A stretch of 63,265 nucleotides of DNA, counting the filler, from Anaerolineae bacterium (GTDB taxonomy: Bacteria > Chloroflexota > Anaerolineae > Epilineales > Epilineaceae): NCBI GenBank assembly GCA_029262755.1. It is 6 parts of 6 records of this genome, joined end to end, with 100 filler letters (N's around TTAATTAATTAA, not from the genome) between each part and the next. Parts side by side here need not be neighbours in the genome. Positions count along the whole stretch, not along the records: positions 1 to 25,716 come from JAJCYU010000073.1; 5 more parts are not named here. The stretch is one strand, 5' to 3'. Every line of letters starts with the position of its first letter. The stretch's first letter is position 1. Positions 10,232 through 18,069 of the stretch are shown in pieces. The notes under the pieces are model-generated. The model was not told the origin of the DNA, ran no database searches, and saw only the letters and a list, made by a program, of their open reading frames with translations. The position numbers were made by a program, and so were the translations under genes.

Positions 10232-10882
10232 CTACGCTAACTCGACGCGGCTCATCTTGCAGGTGATCGTTTCAACAGCGACATTGGACGACGGGCTGTA
10301 CTCGCCGGGATCCCAGCTCGTCGGGAAGCAATCGTGCGCGTTCCAACGACGTGACTCGGAGCCGTCTCGTTTGAGCACGATCACGGAAATCTGCTTGCGG
10401 ATATCGGCGCCGCGCGCGGCTTCGTCGAACCAGGCCTTGAGCGCATCCGCGTCGGGCCCGGGATAGGTGCGCAAGGTGATCGAGCCGTAATGTCCGTCAC
10501 CGGGGTCGAATTCGCGGTAGTCCCAATCCACGCCCGCCGGCCTCTCGCGCACGTCGAAGCGCAGCGGCTCCGTCGCGACGCCCTCGATCTGCGTCAGCGC
10601 GACACCGTCGATCTCGACCCGGAAACGACCCTCGCCGTTGCGCAGCTCGCCGGCATCGCCAGCCTTGTCCTTGCTCGCCGGCGCCGCGGAGGCGGTCGCC
10701 GTGCTCATGCCGCGCACGCCGGCCAAGGCCGCGCCGGCCGCACCGATCTTGATGACGGTGCGCCGGTCGATACCGGGCGTAGCGGCGCCGTCCTTGCGAT
10801 CCCGCCCGTCTCCGGACTGTGGTTTCGCGTCGGATCGGTCGCAGCTGGAGTCAGTATCGGAGCCAGTGGATGGCACGTTCAT
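10232..10882 (-). CDS. T4 gp19-like tail tube protein with N-terminal twin-arginine (Tat) signal peptide
   Basis: Signal GIDRRTVIKIGAAGAALAGVRGMSTATASA|AP, then tube domain FRVEIDG...PGDGHYGSITLR...LKAWF...RKQISVI...RRWNAHDCFPTSW...VETITCKMSRVEL. SD GAGGGAG before ATG 10882. Confidence 0.8.
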   Translation of the reverse strand: MNVPSTGSDTDSSCDRSDAKPQSGDGRDRKDGAATPGIDRRTVIKIGAAGAALAGVRGMSTATASAAPASKDKAGDAGELRNGEGRFRVEIDGVALTQIEGVATEPLRFDVRERPAGVDWDYREFDPGDGHYGSITLRTYPGPDADALKAWFDEAARGADIRKQISVIVLKRDGSESRRWNAHDCFPTSWDPGEYSPSSNVAVETITCKMSRVELA

Positions 10883-10943
10883 GGCTTGTTTCTCCCTCGC
10901 GACCTCGCATAGCCCCCGGCTTGGGGCATGGATCGCCGCGTCC

Positions 10944-10949
10944 AGTATA
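10944..10949 (-). promoter_or_regulatory. Possible -10 element (TATACT) for the tube-gene pair
   Basis: TATACT on the minus strand about 60 nt upstream of ATG 10882 in GC-rich DNA; no clear -35. Confidence 0.4.
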
Positions 10950-11021
10950 CGTGATCCGCGCGGGCGACGACCGCAATGCGGCCAAGCGAGCTCCGCGTCG
11001 CTTCTCAACGGTTCCTCAACG

Positions 11022-11781
11022 CTACCGCGGCAGGCCCAACGGCACCGTGACGAGCCCGCCGCCATCGACGGCCACCGCGAGAGTGTCGCCCGTCACCGCG
11101 ATGTCGCGGACGCCGTACCACGAGCTCGGCAACCACCTTCGCGGTCCGAGCGCTACCGGGCGAGCCGGGTCTTGCACGTCGTAGGCTTCGAGCCAACCGC
11201 TACCGTGGACCACCAGCGCCACGTCGCCGTAGGTCGCGAGCCCGCGCACGCCTCGCTCGCTGAGGTGGATCGACGCGCAATGGGTGCGCTTCGGCCAGCG
11301 CGAACACCGCGGTTGAGCCAAGCTCGCTGGGACCGGCCCCCTCGCGCAGCTGCCGGTCGAGCCCGATCAGGCCGTCGATGTCTCGAATCGCGCTCGTCGC
11401 GACCCCCACCCGCCGTCCCGCGACGACGGGTCGACGGAGTGACAGAGAGTCGTGCTCGACCCGTGGTTGGGCAGCGATGTCCGTTACTGCGAACCGCCGA
11501 AGAACATCCGCCCCGCGCTCTCCACGGGCCATGGCGAGCGGCTGACCATCGGGATCGAGGATCGGCCTGCCTTTGTTCGGCCACGGTTCGGTGCGCAGCG
11601 GACCCTCATCCCGTGGCTCCACCCAGAGGGCGCCAACACGTGCTCCGCTCACACGGCTCAATCGTCGTTGTGGCGTAGTCGGAAATCGTCCCATGGAAGG
11701 AGGATGCCCGATGTGCGGCCGACCTTGCACACCGCGTCCCGCCCGTGCTCCTATGCGGCCTTCACGAGTGAGAACGGCCAC
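11022..11781 (-). pseudogene. Decayed LVIVD-repeat surface protein (C-terminal remnant)
   Basis: WLEAYDVQDPARPVALG...VRDIAVTGDTLAVAVDGGGLVTV in 11022..11321; the upstream part appears to be in another frame; no credible start. Confidence 0.55.
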
Positions 11782-11847
11782 TCCCGCGATTCAAGGGCTC
11801 GCTCTGCCCGACGTTGACCCAGAGGGGACCCTGGCCCACTCCAAGAA

Positions 11848-12756
11848 TCACGTGCCCTCGCCGCCCTCGCCGCCCTCGCCGCCTTGACGCTTTCCCTCGC
11901 CCCGCAACTTTCCGCCACCTCGAAGCTCTCCGTCGCCATGAAGTTCACCGTCGCCTGCAAGCTTCCCCCCGCCGGCGAGCTTCCCACCAGCGGCGAGCCT
12001 TCCGCCGCCCGTGAGCTTCCCGCCGCCTGCGAGCCTCCCCTTGCTCGCGAGCCTCCCGTCGCCTGCGAGTCTCTCGTCGCCTTCGACCGACGTGCCTCCC
12101 AGCTGATCGCCGCCCTCGAGCCGCCCATCCGCCGCACCGCTTCCCTGACCCACGATCGGCGCCGCCTCGCCCCAGGTCGCGCCGAAGACGGTTTCGGTCA
12201 GCGGACGGCGAACGCGCGGCGCGTGCTCGCGCTGGGCGAGGGCCTCGGGTAGATCCGCCGGGTCGCCGAGATGGCCGATAGCCACCGCGGTCATGGGCGT
12301 AAACCCTTCGGGAATCCCAAAGGCTTCCCGTGCGCGATCGCGGTCGAAGCCGCCCATCTGGTGCAGGACTAGGCCGCGTGCCGTTGCCTCGACGCTCAGC
12401 TGCGCCAACGCCAGCCCAAGGTCGTGTCCAGCGTGGCGGTTGGGCCGGTCCTTGTAGGCCAGCCGGTCTGCGGTAACGGCCAGCATCAGCACACCGGCCC
12501 GGTGCGCCCAGCTCTGATTGCCCGCGGAGAGACAGCCGACCAGCTTCTGAAACACGATGGGGTCGGCATGCCTGCGCGCGACGATAGAGCGCCAGGGCTG
12601 CTCGTTGAACGAGGAGGGCGCCCAGCGCGCTGCCTCGAGCAAAGAGCGCAGATCCGCGTCGTCGACCGGACGGTCGGCGAAGGCGCGCGGACTCCAGCGC
12701 CGCCGGAGGAGGTCGTGGATCGGGTGATCGACGGGGGCGGAGCGGTCCACGGGCAT
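11848..12756 (-). CDS. Nitroreductase family protein with Gly-rich hexapeptide-repeat C-terminal tail
   Basis: IHDLLRRRWSPRAF, EAARWAPSSFNEQPWR, GLVLHQMGGFD. ATG 12756 with GGGAG SD. Confidence 0.9.
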   Translation of the reverse strand: MPVDRSAPVDHPIHDLLRRRWSPRAFADRPVDDADLRSLLEAARWAPSSFNEQPWRSIVARRHADPIVFQKLVGCLSAGNQSWAHRAGVLMLAVTADRLAYKDRPNRHAGHDLGLALAQLSVEATARGLVLHQMGGFDRDRAREAFGIPEGFTPMTAVAIGHLGDPADLPEALAQREHAPRVRRPLTETVFGATWGEAAPIVGQGSGAADGRLEGGDQLGGTSVEGDERLAGDGRLASKGRLAGGGKLTGGGRLAAGGKLAGGGKLAGDGELHGDGELRGGGKLRGEGKRQGGEGGEGGEGT

Positions 12757-13000
12757 CTCCCAGTGTGTAGAGGAATGTAGGGCAGCAGGGTAGGGCAGCG
12801 GGAAGGAAGCAATCGTGGACGTCGAGCGCCCAGCAACGGCCGGACGGCATCGTTGGTCGACAGGACGCGCCGTGAGATGGATGTCACGCATTGTAGACGC
12901 CACGCATCGTTCGCGTCCCGGCGCGGCGTTTCCCGCCCGGTGATGGGGCCGTGTTGGTCGAGCGAGATAGTCGAGCGAAACAGTCGAGCGTGACGAGCCC

Positions 13001-13561
13001 TTACGGCGCCCCTCCGCTCAGCCGCTGCGCAAAGTCCGTGTCGGGCTCCAACATGTCCACGGCGGCTGCCGCGGTGGACATCGCTTCGTCCGTGGTGGGC
13101 AACTCGCTCATGCGCCGCAGAAACTCGGTCTGCGATAGCACGCGCACGTACCGCTCCACTTCGGGCACGGGCAGGCCGCACATCGTGTCCATGTCCAGCG
13201 CCAGATCCGCCTCGGCGGTGGTGGTCAGGGCGAGGGTCAACCCCGCGCCGGGCATGGCGGCCTCGAGCAGCCCGACTTCCGGCACCCGGAAAAAGTACGT
13301 GTAATCGAGGCTGTCGAGCCGCAGCGTGACCGGGGCGCCGGTGGGCAGGAGGACGTCGCGGGTACCGTAGCGGTCATCGTCCGTACCGAGCACGCCGTCC
13401 ACGCCCGGATAGCGCACGTACCACTCGTGATCGATGCCGGTCAGCTCGACCACCACCGGACCCTCCGGCATTCCCGAGCCACCACACGCGGTCGCGATGA
13501 ACGCCACGGCCGCCGCGCAGAGCAGCGCGGTGGGCCGTAGTGCGCGGCGGCGAGCGGTCAT
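13001..13561 (-). CDS. Cytochrome c oxidase subunit II-like cupredoxin lipoprotein lacking most CuA ligands
   Basis: Lipobox IATAC; VELTGIDHEWYVRYPG...LPTGAPVTLRLDSLDYTYFFRVPE...MPG...MCG. ATG 13561 overlaps the upstream TGA. Confidence 0.7.
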   Translation of the reverse strand: MTARRRALRPTALLCAAAVAFIATACGGSGMPEGPVVVELTGIDHEWYVRYPGVDGVLGTDDDRYGTRDVLLPTGAPVTLRLDSLDYTYFFRVPEVGLLEAAMPGAGLTLALTTTAEADLALDMDTMCGLPVPEVERYVRVLSQTEFLRRMSELPTTDEAMSTAAAAVDMLEPDTDFAQRLSGGAP

Positions 13562-15774
13562 TCGCTCGCGCTCTCCTCCACGATCTCCACCGCGGTCCCG
13601 CTCGCGATCGGACCCTCGAGCACCTGCGTGGCGCCCGTCGGCCACGTTACCTCGATACGATCGGCTGCGCTCACGTCGCCCAAGCCGACGTACAACGGCT
13701 GATCGCTCTGCGCGAGGTAGCCGGACTGGCCGTCGTGGGCAAAGGTCTGGGTCATCGCGCCGGAGATCACCCGAACCACGGCGCCGAGGCCGTCGCGGTT
13801 GGAGGTGGTGCCCTCGAGATCGATGGTCAGGTAGTTCAGACCCCCCAGCTCCGACAGGTTGCTGGTGAGCACCATGGGCGGCGCGTTCCACTCGCCCATG
13901 ATGACATCGAGATCGCCGTCTTGGTCGATGTCCACCAGCAGCGTGCCGCGGCTGCTGTGCGCCTCCGCGTAGCGTACGATGCCCTCTTCTCCGTCGCAGT
14001 GGCGGTTGCCCGCGTCGGGGCCGTCGCAATCGACCACGAACCATGGGCGGAAGAGCGATCCGTCCGGCCGCGGCTCGAGCCCGACCGCGAACTCCGCGTC
14101 CACGAAGCCCGCTCCGGCGTTGTTGAGCAAGAGGCTGTTGGGACCGTAGCGGAACCAGAAGCCCATGCCCGCTGAGATCAGCGCGTCCTCGTAGCCGTCC
14201 GCGTTCAGATCGCCGATGCTCAGCCCCCAGGGCCAATACATCTCGGCGCCCGTGTCGTCCGAAACGTCGGCAAACGCACCGCCGTCCGCCTCGAAGAGCG
14301 CGTTGCCGAAGATGCTGATGCCGCCCGTGCGCAAGGTGGATTCGGGCCACTGCTGGCGCATCTTGAGCTTGTCGTACTCCGCCGTCGTGTTCTCCATCAT
14401 GTCCGAGTGCATGTCGGTGACGAGCAGATCGAGATCGCCGTCGTTCTCCATGTCCAACGTCCCTGCGCCCATGGCCCCCCAAGGCGTGTAGGGGAACACC
14501 TCGCGGCTACGGCGCACGAAGGCCTGGCCCTGCTGGTTCTCGTAGTACTCGTCGTTGCCTTGCATGTCCAGCACGTAGAGGTCGATCCAGCCGTCCTCGT
14601 TGGCGTCGATGGGCGCCATGTCGCCCGTCCAGCTTGGGTCCGTGCCCAAGCCCATGGCCTCCGTCACGTCCGCGAAGACGCCGCCGCCCTCGTTGTGGTA
14701 CAAGCGGCTGACCTCGAGGCGGTCCGCATAGGCGTGGCCGGCGAACGCGTCGCTCAGACCGACCCAGTAGCGGTAGGCAAGCGGGTCTTCCAGGTCGTTC
14801 GTATCGGCGGCCGCGGCCTGCTCGCTTCGACCGGTGTACACCCCGACAACCGACAGATAGAGGTCGAGGTTGCCGTCCTTGTCGTAGTCGAAGAAATCGG
14901 CGCTGGACGAATGGCCCTTGTAGCCGAGCCCCGCCGCCGCCGTACCATCTACGAAGGTGCCGCCGCCCTCGTTGAGGAAGAGGTGATCGCCCTCCTTGAT
15001 CGTGCTCACGTACAGGTCGGGATCGCCGTCGTTGTCGATGTCCGCGAAGGAGGCCGTGACGCTGATGACCTCGTCCAGGCCGACGCCCGCCTGCGCCGTG
15101 ATGTCCTCGAACTCGCCGCCGCCGAGACCGCGGTACAAGGCGTTGGAACCGACCTGCGATACGAAGTAGAGGTCGAGCAGACCGTCACCGTCGACATCGG
15201 CCGTGATCACGCCGTTGCCGTGATCGTAGTGGTTGTTCTTCATCTCCTTGGCGCCATCGGGCGTGGCTCGATGCCGCCAGGTGATGCCGCTGCTCGCCAG
15301 CGCGTCGCTCAGCCGAAAGTCGGCCCGCACGCCGGACGCGTCCACCGTGGCGGCCTGCGCCGTCGTGCGCTCCGCCACCCATTCCGGATCGGCGGGCAGG
15401 TCGTCGACCTTCAAGTACAGCGGCGGCAAGGTCTCGCGCTCTTCGGGAACCATCGTCGGCAGCGGCGGAACCGTGACGGATTCGCCGCCGGCCATGCTCT
15501 CGTCGGATGCCGCGTCCGACGAAGCGTCCTCGCTCGCATTCGAGCTCTCGTCGCCCGCCTCCGTGCTCGCGCTCGCGTCGGCAGCCTCCGTGAGCGCCAT
15601 CTCGACCGCCGGGCCATCGGGTTCGACCGGCGCATCCTCGGACACGTTCGCGCGACAGCCGGACATGACGAGCAGGGCCCCGAGCGCCACAGGAGCGCAG
15701 CGGCGGACCAAGTCCGGTCGGACGTCGGAGCGCGGGGACGAGGCCCAGCGCGATAGTCGGGAAAAAGCGTTCAC
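13558..15774 (-). CDS. CRTAC1/ASPIC-UnbV family lipoprotein (FG-GAP repeats), paralog 3
   Basis: Lipobox VMSGC; DxDxDGxxDLY repeats; C-terminal ASPIC/UnbV NRDGLGAVV...GQSGYLAQSD...GLG...IEVTWP. Confidence 0.9.
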   Translation of the reverse strand: MNAFSRLSRWASSPRSDVRPDLVRRCAPVALGALLVMSGCRANVSEDAPVEPDGPAVEMALTEAADASASTEAGDESSNASEDASSDAASDESMAGGESVTVPPLPTMVPEERETLPPLYLKVDDLPADPEWVAERTTAQAATVDASGVRADFRLSDALASSGITWRHRATPDGAKEMKNNHYDHGNGVITADVDGDGLLDLYFVSQVGSNALYRGLGGGEFEDITAQAGVGLDEVISVTASFADIDNDGDPDLYVSTIKEGDHLFLNEGGGTFVDGTAAAGLGYKGHSSSADFFDYDKDGNLDLYLSVVGVYTGRSEQAAAADTNDLEDPLAYRYWVGLSDAFAGHAYADRLEVSRLYHNEGGGVFADVTEAMGLGTDPSWTGDMAPIDANEDGWIDLYVLDMQGNDEYYENQQGQAFVRRSREVFPYTPWGAMGAGTLDMENDGDLDLLVTDMHSDMMENTTAEYDKLKMRQQWPESTLRTGGISIFGNALFEADGGAFADVSDDTGAEMYWPWGLSIGDLNADGYEDALISAGMGFWFRYGPNSLLLNNAGAGFVDAEFAVGLEPRPDGSLFRPWFVVDCDGPDAGNRHCDGEEGIVRYAEAHSSRGTLLVDIDQDGDLDVIMGEWNAPPMVLTSNLSELGGLNYLTIDLEGTTSNRDGLGAVVRVISGAMTQTFAHDGQSGYLAQSDQPLYVGLGDVSAADRIEVTWPTGATQVLEGPIASGTAVEIVEESASE

Positions 15775-15868
15775 GATGCTCTCCTAGAGCGCGGCCGAAT
15801 CGGCGGCGCATGGTTTGCGGGGCGCGGGCGTAGAGCTACGACGGTGCAGGTCACCGGCCTTAACGGCC

Positions 15869-17953
15869 TTATTCCTGGACGATCTCGAGGGTGGTGCCTG
15901 CCGCGAAGGGCCCTTCGACCACCTGCGTAGCGCCGCCCGGCCAGGTAACCTCGACGCGTTCCACGTCTGAGGCGTCGCCGAGGCCGAAGTACAAGGGTAG
16001 ATCGCTTTGCGCCAGATAGCCCGATTGGCCGTCGTTGACCTTGACTTGGTCGCGCCCACCGGCCCGCACGCGCACGACGGCGCCCAACGCGTCGCGGTTG
16101 GCACTGGTGCCCTCCAGCTCCACCGTTACGGAGTGCAGTCCGCCGCGTTCGTCGAGATTGTTGCGCAGGATCATCGGGCTCGTGTTCCACTCGCCCATGA
16201 CGACGTCCAAATCGCCGTCCTCTTCCAGATCGAGCATCAGCGTAGCGCGGCTGCTGTGCGCTTCCCAGAACTGGACGACGCCCGTCTTGTCCGCACAATG
16301 CGATAACTCCGCGTCCGCCCCGTCGCAATCGACCGCAAACCATGGCTGGAAGAAGGTGCCGCTTGGGCGTGGCTCGAGGCCGACGACGAACTCCGCGTCG
16401 ACGAAGCGTTCGCCACCGTCGTTGAGCAAGAGGCTGTTGGGCCCGTAGCGGAAGGTAAAGCCCATGCCGGCCGAGATCAGCGCGTCGTCCCATCCGTCCG
16501 CGTTGATGTCACCGGTGCTCAGGCCCCAAGGCCAAAACATCTCCGCACCATTCTCGTCCGAGATTTCCGTGTAGCCATCGTCTCCGGCCTCGAAGAAGGA
16601 GTTGCCGAGGATGCTGATGCCACCGGTGAGGAACGTGGCTTCCGGCCACATGGGCCGAGCCTTCGACTTGTCGTATTGCGGAGCCAGGTCTTCGATCATG
16701 TCGGAGTGCATATCCGTCACGAACAGATCCTGTGCGCCGTCGCCGTTCCAGTCCAAGACTTCGCCGCCCATGGCGCCCCATGACGTGTTGTTGAACACTT
16801 CGCGGCTGCGCTTCGTGAAGCCCGTACCCTGCTGGTTCTCGTAGTATTCGTCATTGCCCTGCATGTTGAGCAGGTACAGGTCCGTCCAGCCGTCTTGGTT
16901 GATGTCCACCGGCAACGTGTCGCCGTTCCACGCGCGTTCGTCGGCCAGCCCCATCGCGTCCGTGACATCCTCGAATCGGCCGTCGCCCACATTGTGGAAC
17001 AACCGGCCGCTCTCGGTCCGGTCGCGGAAGGTGTGGCCCGCGAACGCATCCTCCAGGCCGACCCAATACTCGTAGTCCTGGGGATCCGCGGGATCGTTCG
17101 TATCGGCCGCCGCCGGTGCCTTGTCCGCCGTGGTATAGATGCCGACCACGGACACGTACAGGTCGAGCAAACCGTCCTGGTCGTAGTCGAAGAAGTCGGC
17201 GGCGGAAGGGTGTCCGAGATAGTCCGCGCCCGATTCGGCACTGGCGTCGCGAAACACGCCGCTACCGTCGTTGAGGAACAGGCGATTGCCTTCCTTGATG
17301 GTCGTGACGTAGAGATCGGGATCGCCGTCGTTGTCGACGTCCGCGAAAGAGGCCGAGACGCTGACCGCATCGTCCACCGCAACCCCCGCCTGCTCCGTGA
17401 CGTCCTCGAAGCGCCCCTCGCCCAGCCCGCGCATCAGGCCGTTCGCACCGATCTGCGATACGAAGTACAGGTCCGTAAGGCCGTCTCCGTCGACGTCCGC
17501 GGCGGCGATGCCGTTGCCGTGGTCGTAGTGGTTGGGCTTGAACACCTTGGCCCCATCCGGCGTCGTCCGATGCTGCCAAGCGATTCCGCTCTCGGCCAGC
17601 CCGTCCGTCAGGCGAAAGTCCGCACGCAGGTCGGTCGCGCCGATGGCGCTCGCCTGCTCCGCGGAACGCGCCGCCAACCAACCCGGCGGCGGCGGCGCTT
17701 CGTCGCCGCTGAAGTAGGCCTTGGGCGACAGTTCCCGCTCCGCCATGTCATCGCCCGTGCCGGCGCTCGTATCAGTCGGCGCGGCTACGGCGGTGGTCGC
17801 GATTTCGACTGGAGCGACGGGCTCGGCGGGGGCATCCGGCTCCCCCGCGTCGCACGCGGCAACGCCTAACGAGAGTGCGCAGGCAGCGAATACCAGGAGA
17901 TGCGGCCGCCACAGGGAGCGAAACGCGGATAGGTCAGGGCGCAACGGGGGCAC
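15869..17953 (-). CDS. CRTAC1/ASPIC-UnbV family lipoprotein, paralog 2
   Basis: GTG 17953 after SD AAGGAG; lipobox GVAAC; same repeat and ASPIC/UnbV motifs. Confidence 0.9.
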   Translation of the reverse strand: MPPLRPDLSAFRSLWRPHLLVFAACALSLGVAACDAGEPDAPAEPVAPVEIATTAVAAPTDTSAGTGDDMAERELSPKAYFSGDEAPPPPGWLAARSAEQASAIGATDLRADFRLTDGLAESGIAWQHRTTPDGAKVFKPNHYDHGNGIAAADVDGDGLTDLYFVSQIGANGLMRGLGEGRFEDVTEQAGVAVDDAVSVSASFADVDNDGDPDLYVTTIKEGNRLFLNDGSGVFRDASAESGADYLGHPSAADFFDYDQDGLLDLYVSVVGIYTTADKAPAAADTNDPADPQDYEYWVGLEDAFAGHTFRDRTESGRLFHNVGDGRFEDVTDAMGLADERAWNGDTLPVDINQDGWTDLYLLNMQGNDEYYENQQGTGFTKRSREVFNNTSWGAMGGEVLDWNGDGAQDLFVTDMHSDMIEDLAPQYDKSKARPMWPEATFLTGGISILGNSFFEAGDDGYTEISDENGAEMFWPWGLSTGDINADGWDDALISAGMGFTFRYGPNSLLLNDGGERFVDAEFVVGLEPRPSGTFFQPWFAVDCDGADAELSHCADKTGVVQFWEAHSSRATLMLDLEEDGDLDVVMGEWNTSPMILRNNLDERGGLHSVTVELEGTSANRDALGAVVRVRAGGRDQVKVNDGQSGYLAQSDLPLYFGLGDASDVERVEVTWPGGATQVVEGPFAAGTTLEIVQE

Positions 17954-18069
17954 GGGATGCTCCTTGGAATGGTAGAGCCGCAAACGGCACCCATGATAAC
18001 ACCGACTTTGCCGTTCGCGGCTATTCCATGCCCGATGTCTGCTCCATCTGTGTTCTTGAACGAGTCCTT

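Noticed and set aside
9776..10882. Prophage or complete eCIS/T6SS
   Set aside because: Only tube genes are present; no capsid, terminase, sheath, baseplate, spike or integrase on the contig.
13001..14482. Long N-terminal extensions in the ORF track (13001..14482, 15869..18388, 2581..4023, 4514..5860, 42985..43653)
   Set aside because: Extensions overlap upstream genes out of frame; SD or stop-start coupling supports the shorter starts used here.
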